Shown: positions 12,691-26,869, numbered from the stretch's first letter. The stretch is DNA of 64,000 bases from Lama guanicoe (GCA_013239625.1 MU053559.1:1967205-2031204), one strand, 5' to 3'. The notes: generated by a model from the letters alone, not told the origin. A program made the numbers and translations.

Positions 12691-12779
12691 TGGGCCTCAG
12701 TTATTTTAATGAAAACTGCCAGGCCCAATTTCAGGGAGTGAGTATCATCGGGACTGGTGTGGGCCTGGTCCCAGAGTCT

Positions 12780-13075
12780 GTGGTGAAGTCAGGTGCTCAT
12801 TTCAGTCTCGGTCCCCCACAGGGAGGGTGTCTCTCTCCACACTAGGCTGCTGGGGCTTTGGGGGAGAGGTGACAAGAGTAATGTGGAACTCTTTCCTACC
12901 CCTTTCAACGCGTCTTATCTTAGTTCTGTGCTCCACTCGGGGGCTGTCATCCCTCATCTGGAACCCTTAGCTCATGTGAAGTTCTTTTCAGGTGTGGATA
13001 GTTGTTCAAATTGATGTTTCTGGGGTGGAAAAGTGCTAGAAATTTCTACACCTCTATTTTGCTGACGTAACTCCT
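12780..13075 (-). mobile_element. Old L1M 5' UTR fragment
   Basis: gtggatagttgttcaaattgatgtttctgggg...ctattttgctgacgtaactcc matches the recalled antisense L1M 5' terminus. Confidence 0.6.
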
Positions 13076-13264
13076 CAGAATTCCCTCAACAATTTATCTT
13101 ACTCTTTCCCCAAAGTTGGTCTCCTGTTGAGACACTTAAAAAAAAACAAACAACTTTCAGGGTATCTCTTAGCTTTCCTCCTACTTCACTGGCTGCTTCA
13201 CTGCAACTTTCTTCTCGGGATCATCTTCCTTTTAGAGAGGGAATAATACAGGAGGTTCTCAAAT

Positions 13265-13385
13265 GTCTTCTGTTATATACTTGGTAAACAGAATTGCTGG
13301 GTATCTCCTTTGGCACAGGGGATTCCATGAAAAACATACAGAGACCCTGGGGATGCTGTGAACCAAGAAAGTTTGGGAACCTTTG
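13265..13385 (-). mobile_element. hAT-Charlie-type DNA transposon end
   Basis: Minus strand starts caaaggttcccaaactttcttggttcacagc, a Charlie-like TIR. Confidence 0.5.
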
Positions 13386-13424
13386 CTCCAATTCATCACA
13401 TATGATTCCATAGCTCTAACTTCC

Positions 13425-14100
13425 TCCAGTGTGTTAATTACTCCCTTTTCTCCACATCCTCTCCAACATTTGTTATTTGTGGTCCTTATGATGATAGCCA
13501 TTCTGGCAGGTGGGAGGTGGACAGCTCATTGTGGTTTTGATTTGCATTTCCCGGATGATGAGTGATGTTGTGCATCTTATGTGCCTGTTGGCCGGCTGGC
13601 TGTATGTCTTCTTTGGAAAAATGTCTATTCAGATTTTATGGCCATTTGTTAATTAGCTTGTTTTCATGATGTTGAGTGATATGAGTTCTTTATGTATTTT
13701 GGATATTAACCCCTTATTGAAAATCTCATTCGCCAGTGTCTTCTGCCATTCAGTAGATGGCCTTTTCATTTTGTTGATAGTTTCCATCACTGTGCAAAAG
13801 CCTTTTAGTTTGATATAGACCCATTTATTTATTTTTGCTTTTGTTTCCCTTGCCTGAGGAAACAATATCCAAAAAAATGTTGCTAAAATCAATGTCAAAG
13901 AGCTTATTGCCTGTGTTTTCTTCTAGCTGTTTTATGGTTTCAGGTCTTACATTTAAGTCTTCAATCCATTTTGAATTTATTTCTGTGTGTGGTGTGAGAG
14001 AGTAGTTTAGGTTGATTATTTTGCATGTAGCTGTCCAGTTTTCCCAGCACCGTTTATTGAAGAGGCTGTCTGTTCTTCATTTTATATTATTGCCTCCCTT
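13425..14100 (-). mobile_element. L1M ORF2 3' fragment
   Basis: [35 protein letters not shown] and [12 protein letters not shown] in minus-strand ORFs. Confidence 0.9.
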
Positions 14101-14750
14101 CCTCATTGCTTTAAACTCCAGAGACTTCACAATGATCTGGCATATTCCATTCTGCCATGTTGCTTCAAATCAAGTCAACATGATGGCCTTCCCTTTACAC
14201 ATAAGACCCTGTTGCTTGAACAGCAGCCTGTCACTTGGCTGCTTTATGCTGACCAGAAGCTGCTGGCCTTTCTTGATTTCTTCGAGTGCCAAATTCCTGC
14301 CCTTCACAGGAAGCCCCTGTGCATCCTGGAAGCTTCCTTTCCAGAAGCCTTATGTATGTATGGACAACATTGCTATTTTCTGTACACCACCTACTTTGAT
14401 TATTCCCTTGCCCACTGGCTGCCTGTTATTATACCATCAATCACCACGGTACTCAGGTGCTTTTGAAACAGTGAAGTATGGAAGAGATGCTTTTTAAATT
14501 TTTTTAAGTAAGGAAGAGCTGTGGTAAGCCTGGCTTCCTTCAGATTCCTTTGTATTGAGAAACTCCATACTTGGGCTGCCCTATCCTAGATGTAAAGGAC
14601 AGCATGCACTGGAAAAGCTATCTAAGGAAAAGAACCTGTTTGTGGGAGCATATAGAGTAGGATAGAATACTAGAAACCAATCTTTACTGGAGCCAGGAGA
14701 GGTCTGTCCCCAGTTGTTGCCACCTCACATCAGCTATGGGTCTGACCCCA

Positions 14751-15250
14751 TGTATCGGTTATCTATTGCTGCAGAACAAATTACCCTGAAACTTAGAAGG
14801 TTAAAACAGTTAACACTGATTATCTCACAGAGTTTCTGAGGGTTTAAAATTGGGAGAGGCTAGCTGGGTGGTTCTGGCTCAGGGTCCCTCAAGGAGGTTA
14901 TAGTCAGGTTGTCAGCTGGGACTGTGGTCCTCTTGAACTAACTAGGGAATTCACTTTCAAGCTCATTCACGTGACTGTTGGCAGAAGAAATGAAACAGAG
15001 GCCACGTGGTCCTCTCCGTAGGACTGCTCACAGCATCACAGAGAGCTCACAGAGAGTGTGATCTGAGAGCGCCCACCCGAGATAGAAACTGCAGTCTTTT
15101 TTAACCTAATCTTGAAAATGACATACCATCCCTTCTACCATATGTCCCTTGTCACATAGAAGAACCGTGGCACAATGTGGGAGGGGACTACACAAGTGAA
15201 TATCAAGAGGCAGGGATCTTTGTGGGCCATCTTGGAGGCTATATATGACA
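14751..15250 (-). mobile_element. MaLR MLT1 (F/G-like) solo LTR
   Basis: tgtatcggttatctattgctgcagaacaaattaccctgaaacttag...gctgggtggttctggctcagggtc...gggccatcttggaggct. Confidence 0.8.
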
Positions 15251-15469
15251 ACCTGATCTTGCAAGACATTAGGCAGCAAGGCTCCTCATGACAGAGTCCA
15301 GAAGCTCCTCTCCCAATCCAAGGAGCTTTAACTCTTTGTCTGGAGAAACAAGAATAGGCCCTGAGAGTATCCATGTTCTGCAAACATAACCCTGACTATG
15401 GCTGACACATTATCTAAGGAATCAAGACCTAAGGAACCAGACTGTATCTCTAGCTCCCCTGATTCCAAA

Positions 15470-15605
15470 GACAAACCAGCTGTGTCAGAATCACCTGGAG
15501 AACTTGTGAAAAACACAGATTCCTTGCCCAAGATATACTGTATCAGAATCTCCATTGTGGGCTCTCTAAATAATTTTGATGTGTAGCCAGATTTGGGAAC
15601 CACTG
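15470..15605 (+). mobile_element. MER5-like hAT MITE
   Basis: cagaatcacctggagaacttgtgaaaaacacagattcc...atcagaatctcc...tttgggaaccactg. Confidence 0.7.
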
Positions 15606-16599
15606 GGAGGTCACACAAGTTCATGGAAAGAACATTTAGACTGTAACTAAAGCGAGGGTCTGACTTTGCTGAATGGATGAAGTGAGTGTAGGCTGCGTCT
15701 GTAACTGCAGCTGTTTGCAGGCATGGTAGTGAAAAACACCCAGGCAGCTCTGGTTTGCTTATTACTGTTAATTCAATTATTTAAGGGCTGCTTCTCTACT
15801 TGCCTTGGGATTAGAAGAAGAAACCAACAGAACTCAGAATGCAATGGACTAAATAAAATGCCTCAACACAGTATGAATTTATAATTAAACCAAACTCTGA
15901 CCTTCCTGTTATTGAGTGGTTGGTCATGGAAGGGCCTAGAGATGCAGAGAAGTTTATGCAGGCTTAAGAGGTAGATGAGAAAATGGTATAAAGCTTTTCC
16001 CACGCTATGAATGTTCAATATCATTTTCCCTTCTTTGTCTTCTGTTTCATAGCAGACTGATCTGACCAATTATTTGTATGCCATGCCATTGGAGCTGCAG
16101 CTCTATGGTCTTGGTAGAATAACTTCTTTGCACAGAAGATCATTAAAAATTGCTTTTGAACATCTCCCTGAGGGATTTCGGATTCCATATGGGGATTTAG
16201 AAAACTGGAGAGAGTCATTCCCACCTTCACAACAAAAAAGGCTAGACAAATTGCGTGTACATGGATTTTCTTGAAAGAGCTGAGTAGCAGGGTAACTAAC
16301 TAGCCTAAAATCAAAGGGAAGACAGGCATCTTGGAGACAGGAGGCAAACGCTTGTTTACCTGGGGCAGAAATTCCTAGACACTGGTATGAAAGCTCCACC
16401 TAGCATCAGTAGAGGCTGAGTGTGGACTGGTGAGAGAGTGTAGAGACCCTGGGGCTCCAGATGTAAGAAAAGCTTTTCTCCATGGACTCCACTTGGTAAG
16501 AGTTCCGAGAAAGCATCCTTCATGCTGGAGGCCAATGGGAGAGGAATAGCTGCTATTGGGGAAGAGGCAGGAAACCCTGTTCAGACTTTTTGCCACTGT

Positions 16600-19320
16600 A
16601 TCCTTTATGGAACAAAATCTTTAATCTGTGTAGGGAAAGGCACCAAACACTGTTGTCCATAGAGCACTGTTGAAAATCTGTTGCAGCTGTGGGGAGAGAT
16701 GGGGGAAAAAATAAACCTATACCCCGGAGGGAAGGGCAACATTGGTTACGGGGCCCTGAAATATATATGAGGGAGGGACTGGAGCATTTAGAAGGCCCCA
16801 TACCAGAAATCAAGGGATGCAGGGCCTGCCTAAAACTGAGGTTTCATCAGAACAATAGATACCCACTCTCATGCTTCCTTACAACCATTTAATACATGTC
16901 AAATAACAAGTAATAGTGGAATACTGCCAGAAGAGTTGCAAGACTGTGGAGATGGTCACAGTTTAAAAAGAAAATCTAAGCTGATGTGACATTGAAAAAA
17001 ATCTCTTTAGCAAACCAGTCTCCAGCCTAGACACAAAGTATTGCTGTAGGAATTTGAAATCTGGGGTGCATGGAAGGTACACTAAAGCAACAACAAACTA
17101 GAGCAATAACAAACCTCCAATCCAGCGCTGCTCCTAACTACATTAACTCAAACCTCCGCACTAAAGGCTTAGCAAAAGGAAAGGCATGCCCATTTCCAGA
17201 CATAAACCCTATTTACTTTGGGTCTCTATTACACAAGATGTCTGGGATTCAACTAAACATTATGAGGCATACAATAGGAAAGAAAAAGAAAACACATCCA
17301 AGAGACAAAGAAATCAACAGAACAAGGTTGAGAGATAAGACAGATGTTGGAACTATCTGACATGGAATTAAAATAGTAACCAGCCATGAGTAACATGCTA
17401 AAGGCTCCAGTGGAAAAGGGAGACAATATGCATAATTGGGTGGGAAATTTTCACAGAGAGATCAAAACTATAAGAAAGAATCAAATGAAAAATACAGTAA
17501 CAGAGATGAAGAATATCTTTGGTGAACTTGAAGCTAGGTCAATAGAAATAATCAAAACTGAAACACAAAGAAAACATGAGTGAAAAAAAGAAAGTGGAGC
17601 AGAGCATCCAAGAACTGTTGCATGACATCAGATAGTCTAACATACACACAGTTGGAATCCCAGAGGGAAAAGAGAAAGAAAATGAGGCAGAAGAAATATC
17701 TGAAGAAATAATGGCTGAGAATTTTGAAACATAGATTCAAGAGGCTGATAATACCAAGAAAGATAAATACCAAAAACCAAAAGCCACCCCCTACCCCAGC
17801 ATACCCATCTAGGCATAAAATCATTAAACTACTAAAAACAAAATACAAAGAGAAAATATTGAGGCAGCCAGAGGAAGAAAGACACATTACATACAGAGGA
17901 AGAAGAATAAGAATTACTGTAGACTTCTTGCCAGAAACCACACAAACCAAGAAGACCACGAGTGACAACTTTAAAGTGCTGAAAGAAAAGCAAATCTTTC
18001 AATCCAGAATTTCTAAAGCCCACAGACATACCTTTCAAAAATAAAGGAGAAACAAACAAACAAACAAATCAGAAATACATTACTAGAAAAATTAAAGGAA
18101 TTTCTTCAGGCAGAAGAAATGTGATACCAGGTACAAACTTAGACACAAAGAGATGACAAGCACTCAAAAATGGAATACATTAAGGTAAAATAAATTTTGT
18201 TTTTTTCTTATTTTAAATTGCTCTAAAATAAAGCTAATTAGCACAAAATTGTATTCATGGCATAATGTGTAAAAGTTGAATGTATGGCAATATGGGACAA
18301 AGAATGGGAGAGAGGAATTGGGAGCATGCTGTTTAAGCTCTGTACACTACACATGTAGTGGTATATTATTTGAAGATAGATTCTGTTTAACTGGTGATAT
18401 AAGCCCTAGAGTAATACAACAATTTTTTAGATACTATTAATAATAGGTTTATAAACAGTAGTGGAGATAAAATGAAATAAAAAAAAGCTCAGTGAAAATA
18501 TGTAATGAATACAAGAGAAGGCAGAAAAATAAGAAAAAAACAGAATAAATTGAACGAATAGAAAGCAGCTAGCAAGATGGTAGATTTTATACAACCACAT
18601 CAATAATCACATTAAATACGCATGATTTAAACACACCATATAAAAGAGAGATTGTCATACTGGTTAAATAAAAAGAAAGACCCAACTATACGCTGCTGCA
18701 ATAAAGCCACTTAAAATAGAAACATAGAGAAGTTAAAATAAAAGGATGGAAAAGATGTATGATGCAAACGCTATAAATAAATAAGCTGCATAGCTATAGT
18801 ATTATCAGACAAAGTAAAATTCAGAACAAGGAATATTATTAGACATAAAGAAGGACATCACATAATCATAAAGGAATACTTTAAGAAGACATAGCAATTT
18901 TATATGTACATGCACCTAGCAACAGAGTTTCAAAATACATAAAACAAAAACTGATAGAGCTGAAAGGAGAAATAGACAAAACTACAGTTATGGTTGTAGA
19001 CCTTAATACTATTCTATCAATAATTTATAGAACAAATGCATAGGAAGTAAGAACACAGAAGAACTGAACATTATCAAACAACTTGACCTAAATGCCATAT
19101 ATAGAGAATGCAAACTGATAAGAACAAGAATCCACATTCTTTTCAAGTACACATAGAACATTCCCTCAAGTAGAACATATTCTGTATAAAAAATCAAAGA
19201 GCATATTTAATATTTAAAAAATCATACAAAGTATGTTCTCTGATGATTATAGAATTAAACTAGAAATTAATCACAGAAATATTTCTTTAAAATCCTCTCA
19301 GGTATCAAAATTAAGCAATA
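16600..19320 (+). mobile_element. Old L1M 5' region, ORF1 and ORF2 endonuclease part
   Basis: ORF1-like RHKIIKLLKTKYKEKILR....RHITYRGRRIRITVDFLPET (17724-18044); EN-domain-like DNA at 18600-19300; 5' boundary approximate. Confidence 0.85.
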
Positions 19321-20258
19321 TTGTTGCCATGAACATTCAAGTTCAAGTTTTTATGTGTACATAAATTTTTATTTCTCTTGGGTATATAACCAGGAGTGGA
19401 ATTGCTGTATCATATGGTAACTCTATGTTTAGTCTTTTGAGGAACTATGAGGCTGTTTTCCAGACTATTTTTTCCCCATTGACTTGGCACCCTTCTTGAA
19501 AATCAATTAACTATAAATGTGAGGATTTATTTCCATACTCTTGGCTGCATCATTTTACACTTATATCAGCAGTGTATGAGGATTTCAATTTCTCCACATT
19601 CATTAGCTCTCTTTTTGATAATGGCCATTCTAGTGAGTGTGAAGTAGTATCTCATTGTAGTTTTAACTTGCATTTCCCTGAAAGCTAATGATGTTGAACA
19701 TCTCTTCATGTGCTTATTAGACATTTGTAAATCTTTTTTTGGGGAAAATATCTAGTCAGATCCTTTGCTCGTTTTAAAATTGATTGTCTTTTTATTATTG
19801 ACTTGTCAGAGTTCTTTATATATTCTAGATACAAATCCCTTAATAGATATACGATTTGAAAATATTTTCTCCCATTTTGTCAGTTATATTTTCACTTTCT
19901 TGATAGTATCCTTTGTAATATAAAAGTTTAAAATTTCAATGAAATCCTGTTTACCTGTTTTTCCTTTGGTTGCTTTAGTGTTTAGTGTCATATCTCAGAA
20001 TCCTTTGTCTACTCCATATTAATAATGATTTACATCTATGTTTTCTTCTAAGGATTTTATGGTTTTAGCTCTCACATTCAGGTCTTTAATCTGTTTTGAG
20101 TGAGTTTTGTATATGGCATGAGGTAGAGGTCCAACTTCCTTCTTTTGTATGAAGATATTCAATTGTCTTAACACCATATGTTGAAAAGATTATTCTCTTT
20201 CCATTGACTTGTCTTGACACACTTGTTGAAAATCAATTGGCGATAAAAGCGAAGATTT

Positions 20259-20420
20259 TTTTTTTACATTTTTTATTGATTCATAATCATTTTACAGTGT
20301 TGTGTCAAATTCCAGTGTTCAGCACAATTTTTCAGTCATTCATGGACTTATACACACTCATTGTCACATTTTTTTTTCTCTGTGATTTATCATAACATTT
20401 TGTGTATATTTCCCTGTGAT
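20259..20420 (-). mobile_element. Young camelid L1 3' tail (second subfamily)
   Basis: TSD AAGCGAAGATTT at 20247-20258 and 20421-20432; same tail type as the 30052 and 55645 copies. Confidence 0.9.
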
Positions 20421-21675
20421 AAGCGAAGATTTATTTCCAAACTCTCAATTCTATTTTACTGATCTGTATTTCTGTCCTTATGCCAGCATCACACTGTCTT
20501 AATTACTGTAGTTTTTAGAGTTTTGAAATCAGGATGTGTGAGTCTTCAAACTATGTTCTTTTTCAAAATTGTTTTAGCTACTCTGAGTTTCTAGAATTTC
20601 CGTATGAATTTTAGAATCAGGTTCTCAATTTATGGAAAGAAGCCACCTGGAATTTTGTTGAAATTGTATTGAATCTGTAGATAAATTCAGTGATTATTGA
20701 CATCTTAACACCATTTAATCTTCTGATCTACAAACATGGAGTGTCTTTCCATTTATTTTTGTCTTTAATTTCTTTCAGCAATGTTTTTTAGTTTTCTAAG
20801 TGTATATTTTGCACTCCTCTTGATAAATTTATTCCTAAGTATTTTATTATTTTTGATGCTATTTAAAATAAATTTTTTTCTTATTTTCATTTTTGGATTA
20901 TTTATTTCAAGTGTATAGAAATACAAGTGATTTTTATTTTATCTTCTATCATGCAACCTTGCTGAATTGATTAGTTCTAATAATTTTTAGTGGATTCCTT
21001 AGGATTTTCAATATATAAATTCATGTTACCTGAGAAAAAAGATGATTTTATTTCTTTCTTTCCAGTTTGGATGACTTTTATTTCATTTCTTGTCTCCATA
21101 ACAGTGTTGAATAGAAGTAGTGAGAACAGGCATCATTGTCTTTTTCCTGATCTTAAGGGGAAAGCATTCAGTTTTCTGCCATTAAGTATTATGTTAGATG
21201 TGGGTTTTTAATAGATGCCTTTCATTAATTTGAGGAAGGTTCCTTTTATTCCTAATTTATTGACTGTTGCCTTTATCATCAAAGGTTGTTGGATTTTGTC
21301 AAATGCATTTTCTGCATGTATTGAAATGATCATATGGTTTTTATCTTTTTTTCTATTATTGTTGTATTACATTAATTGATTTTCATATGTTAAACCAACT
21401 TTGCATTTCTATATTAAATCTCACTTAGTCATGGTGTGTAGTCTTTTTAGTATATTGCTGGATTTGGTTTGCTAGTATTTGTTGAGGAATTTTGTACCTG
21501 TATGCATAAAAGAGATTAGTCTGTAGGTTTTTTTTTCTTGTGACATCTTTATCTGGTTCAATATCAGGGTAATAATAGTTTCATGGAATGTATTGGGACA
21601 TTCTCTCCTATCTTTTAAAAGTGTTTTTGAAGAACTCATATTAATTCTTCTTTAAATGTTTGGTTGAGTTCACCA

Positions 21676-22033
21676 TGCTATAGACTAAATGTGCCCTCCC
21701 AAAATTCATACAGTAAAATCCTAACTCCCAAGCTGATGGCATTAGGAAGAAGCGTTTTGGGGAGGAGATTAACTCTTGAAGGTGGAACTCTCAGGATTGA
21801 GATGAAAACTCTTATAAAACAGACACCAGAGAGATTTTTTGCCCCTTCCACTATGTGAGGTTATAGTGAGAAGATGGCCATCAATGAGGAAACGGGCCTT
21901 CACCAGATAGCAAATTTACTAGCACCTTGAACTTGGACTTCTCAGCCTCCAGATCTGAGAAATAAATCTTTTTTTGTGTATACTCCACTGAATTTATGGT
22001 GTTTTGTTACAACAGCCTGAAGAGACTAAGATA
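21676..22033 (+). mobile_element. MaLR MLT1A-like solo LTR nested in L1
   Basis: tgctatagactaaatgtgccctcccaaaattcata...gagaaataaatc...gactaagata; flanking repeat acca. Confidence 0.88.
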
Positions 22034-24729
22034 ACCAGTGAAGATGTATGGGACTAGACTTTTGTTTGTGAGTAGTTTTGCTTTGTTTTAAAAATTTTAA
22101 ATTCAATGTGTTTACTTGTTATAGGACCATTCAGAATTCTATTACTTCTTGAACCAGCATAGTTTGGGTCCTTCTAGGAATTTTCCCATTTCACCTAAGT
22201 TATCTAATTTATTGACATATAGGTGTTCATGTTTATGTTAATATTTATATTTTTGTAAGGTTAGTAATAATGTCCCCTCTTTCCATCTTGACTTTAGTAA
22301 TTTGAGTCATCTCTCTTTTTTTCTATATTAGTCCAGGTAAAGATCTGTCAATTTTGCTGATCTTCTCAAATAACCAATTTTTGGTTTTGTTGATTTTCCC
22401 TATTGTTTTTCTATTTGCTCTTCATTAATTTTGCTCTTATCTTTGTTATTTCCTTCCTTGTCCTTGCTTTGAGTTTAGTTTGCTCTTTTTTTCCCTGTAT
22501 CTTAGTTTAGGTTATTTATTTGAGATGTCTCTCATTTTTAAATATGGATGTTTACAGCTATGTATTTCCCTCTAAGTGCTGCTTTAGCTGCATACCACAA
22601 GTTTTGCTTTGTTGTATCTTTATTTTTATTCATCTAAAAGTATTTTCTCATTTCATTGTGATTTCTTTTTGATTATGTGTTGTTTAATTTCTACATTTGT
22701 GAATTCCTCAAGTTTCTGTCCCTTAACAAATTCTAACTTCATTCTGTTGTGGCCAGAGAACATACTTTGCATGATTCCAGTTTTTTTACATTTATTACAG
22801 CTTGTTTAATGGATTGCATGTGGTCTTTTCTGGAGAATTGTTCATATACACCTGAGAAGAATATATGTATTCTGCTGTTATTGGATGAAGTGTTCTATAG
22901 ATGTCTATTAGGTCTAGCTGGTTTATAGTATCATTAAACATCCATTTACTTATTGTTCTTTTACCTAATTGTTCTATTCATTTTGGAAAGTGGAGTATTA
23001 ATGCCTCCAACTATTATTGTTGAGTTTTCTATTTTTTCCTTTAACTCTCTCAGTTTTTGCTCCGCATATTTTGAGGCTCTGTTGTTATATACATATATGT
23101 CAGCCAACTAATTTTTAACAAAGATGTAAGGCCATTCAGTGGAAAAATTATAACCTTGTCAACAATTGAGGAGAAAAAGTTGAATGTCCGTATACAAAAA
23201 AGGGAATCTCAACCTATTTGCAAAAATTAACTCAGAGTGGATCATACACAAAAATGTAAAATATAGAACTACAAAACTTCAAGATACAAAGGAGAAAATT
23301 TTCATGACCTTGGGTTAAGCAAAGTTTTAGGTAGCACACTAAAAGCATGACCCACAAAAGCTGAAACTGATAAATTGGACTGTACCAAAATTAAAAACTT
23401 TTGATTTGTGAGGAACACTGTTTAGAGACTAAAAAGGCAAGATGTACACTGGAAGAAGATATTTGCAAACCACATTTCTGATAAAGAATTTCTATCCAGA
23501 CCATATAAAAATCTCTCAAAACTCAATAAGAAAGCAAAAGAACTTAACTGAACTTCAACAAAGGTAGATGGATCACAATGAAATATGGAAAGATGCTCAA
23601 CATCATTAGTTTTGGGGGAAATGCAAAGTAGGACAACAATGAGATGGCTCAACATACCTATGAGTATCACTAAATTAAAAGTACTGCAAAATACCAAGTG
23701 CTGTTGAGTATTCAGAGCAATTGGAGTACACCTATATTGCTGGTGGGAATGCAGACTGGGAGCACCACTTGGAAAATAGTTTGATAGCTTCTCATAACAT
23801 TGAACATACACTTACCACGTGAGCCAGCAATCCCATTCCTTGGTATTTACCCTAGAGAAATGATAACTTATGTTTACATTGACCATGGAAACTCTATTCA
23901 TGATTGCCTCAAACTGAAAACAACCCAGATGTCCTTCAGTTGACAGATGGATAAACAAACCTTGGGATATCAATGTAATACTCCTTACTAATAACAAGGA
24001 ATATTGACTCACACAGATGCAGATGCATCTTAAACATTTTGCTAAGTGAAAAAAGCAGACTAAAGATTACATATTATATGGTCCTATTTATATGACGTTC
24101 TGGCAAAGAAGAAACTAAAGGGAAGGAAAACAGATTCGTGGTTTCTAGGATTTGGAGGGTGAGGGAGGATGGACTACAAAAGGGTGGCATGAGGGAATTT
24201 TTGTTGTGATGAAACATTTTTATATCATAAATATGGTGTCAGTTAGATGACTATGCATTTTTCAAATCCCATAGAACTGAGCACTAAACAGAATGAATTT
24301 AATTATATGTAATTAAAAAAATCAACTAGGATGTGGGGGAACCCAAATGGAATACAGACAGAAACAGACGCACCTACTGTATGGCAAATGAATAACATAA
24401 CCACACTGAAGGATGTGGGAGAGAAAAGAATTAACCTAAGTAACTTTGGAAAACAATGTTTTGACTGGATACTGTAAACCCAGGGATGAAAGGAACTGTA
24501 CACAAATACTACACTCTAGTTGGTGAATGTGACTCTCACCAGAAATAGGTTAGCAACTTTGGAATTATTTTATATGAATTTTAGCGTTGAACAAATAAAT
24601 GTTTTATAGATAGTGAGAGTCAAGTTTCACTGTTGGAGAAAGACACTGATATAGATAAGGAAAGGAGGAAGGCCAGAATGAATCCTGCCGTGCTAGATTG
24701 GGGTCATAGTTATCTGTGTGAACTCATGG

Positions 24730-24733
<4 letters not shown>

Positions 24734-24784
<51 letters not shown>

Positions 24785-24850
24785 GTATATATATACACAC
24801 ATATATATACATATATATATATCTTTAGAGAGAGAGAGGGAGAGAGATAC
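24734..24850. repeat. (TA)n/(CA)n/(GA)n compound microsatellite
   Basis: Seen directly. Confidence 0.95.
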
Positions 24851-25672
24851 AGAAATAGAGATCTGTATGTATGCATGGGTTGATATACATATATATATTT
24901 CTTTGGTCTGCCCACTGAGAGGGCCTAGAAGCAGTCAGACATCTTAGCACCCAGATTTTGGTTTCTAAAACATCATTCTCCAATAAAAAGAACCAAGTTG
25001 ATTCCAGGGCTGGGAAAAAGAAAACACAAGATGAGATTGGAGCATTTTGTGTGCCAGAAAATAAGGACAGTCTTTTAAAACTACGGAACTTGTACTTCAA
25101 TAAGAAATTAAAACAAACAAAGAAAAAGGGTGGGACTAGTCAAAAGAGCCTAGAGAGCAACGTGCAAAAGCCCCCAATGGCCAGAGGTGGAGCAATTTGA
25201 GCAAAAAAATGAATACCAATAGTACTGAATCGTAAACCACAGGATCAAATAAATATCCATGAGTCCAGACTGATGTAAAATGATTGAATAAGTAAATGAA
25301 GAGAAGAGCTAGCTCTTCCTTACAGATAAATTACTAATATTAATATCTGTAGAAGGTATGAAGGAAATACAAAAGCACCATTAGAAGACCACAGTGATAA
25401 CTGTTGCAGGCAAGATCTCCACTAGCCTATGCCAAAATTAGTCAACAACAGTTTAGGGAGATACAGGATATTTCTGTACCTTAAAGGTATCCCTCCCAAG
25501 ATATTTACTGACTACAAAGAGAAAATAATAATTTTACAGTAGATAAACTCAGCATATAATACCTTCATCAAGAGATCAAGGTTAACACCACTAGTCATAA
25601 GACATAGTGTTATCATGTATCCTTTGATATGACGTACTGAGAAGGACATAGCATCACTTCTGTGATGTTCTT

Positions 25673-25762
25673 TTTTTTTTTTTAATGGAGGTACTTGGGA
25701 TTGAACCCAGGACCTCGTGCATGTTAAGCATGCGCTCTATGGCTGAGCTATAACCCGCCCCC
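25673..25762 (-). mobile_element. tRNA-Ala-derived camelid SINE (Vic-1-like)
   Basis: Minus strand ggg..tatagctcagccatagagcgcatgcttaacatgcacgaggtcctgggttcaatccc plus poly(A); TSD CACTTCTGTGAT[G/A]TTCTT at 25655-25672 and 25763-25780. Confidence 0.93.
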
Positions 25763-26869
25763 CACTTCTGTGATATTCTTGACAAAAATGCATATCCTTA
25801 GTTATAATCATGAGAAAACATCCCAGTATTCCAAACTGGGGGACATTATACAATATAACTGACCAGTACTTTTCAAAAGTGGCAAAATCATGAAAGACAA
25901 GGAAAGAGTGAAGAAATGTCATGGACTGGAGGAGACTAAGGCGACATGATGACTAAATGAAATTTGAGACACTCATTTGTATCCTGGAACAGAAAATACT
26001 CATTCGTGGAAAAACTGGTGAAGTCAAAATAAAGTGTGTAATTAGGTTAATATTACTGTGCCAACATCAATATCTTGGTTTTGGTAGTTGTACAGTTGTT
26101 ATATAAGATGCTAACATTAGTGGAAGCTGGGTGAAGAACACATGGGGATTCTTTTTTTTTTAAATTATTTTTGCAACGTTTCTCTATATCTAAAATTATT
26201 TCTCTAGATCTACATTTAAAATAAAAAGTTTAAAAAAAAGGCTCTCTGAAAGAGTCCAGATGCAGCAGAGATTCAAGCAAGAAAAAAATAACCACAAAAC
26301 AAAAATGTTGTCTTTGAAGTTGGGGAACAAAGCATGCTAGTGAGAACAGCTTCTGGAATTTCTGAATGGCTGCCTTCCATACCTGAGGTTACTTTAGGTC
26401 AAAGGACTCAGCTCCTGGAAGAGTGGAGATAAATCAACGCTGTACCACGTAAATGCCCTTGAATAGGTTGGTGCAGTTTGGGGCAGGCATGGTTTATCCT
26501 GCCCCAGGCCAGAGCTGATCAGCAAAATTATCAGTAGAATATATTTTAATAAGCTATGCTAGAAGGATAAAAGTGGAAGTTCTTTGTCTTAACTGAATAA
26601 GGCTTGATTAGTGCTCCTTCTGGGGAATTGGGGGAGTCTGTGGAAAACTAATGTCAAAAACCAGCAACCAACATCCCTGTGTAGTTTAGCCAAAATGCTG
26701 AGAGTTAAGTGAACGCTAAACTGAATGTCTGATAAGAGAAGGCAAACACGAAGAAAAAGAAAAGGGAAGTCAGTCATTTGTTTCATGATTGAAATCAATA
26801 TTTATGAGAAAAGCAAATATTTATAAAGAGTCTACTGTGTGTATGGCAGCAAATAATTGTTTAATTTCT

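Larger units (their letters stand above)
19321..23095 (-). mobile_element. Old L1M ORF2 (~3 kb), with nested insertions
   Basis: Continuous antisense ORF2 DNA from the C-terminal region (19321) back to the EN region (23095). Confidence 0.92.
23100..26230 (+). mobile_element. L1MC/MD-type ORF2 end and long 3' UTR
   Basis: Sense ORF2 C-terminal DNA 23100-24050, then a long 3' UTR homologous (inverted) to 49870-51575. Confidence 0.85.

Noticed and set aside
19321..26230. Adjacent opposite-strand L1 blocks meeting at ~23097 as one inverted element
   Set aside because: The blocks overlap in L1 coordinates (both contain the ORF2 C-terminal region), so they are separate insertions
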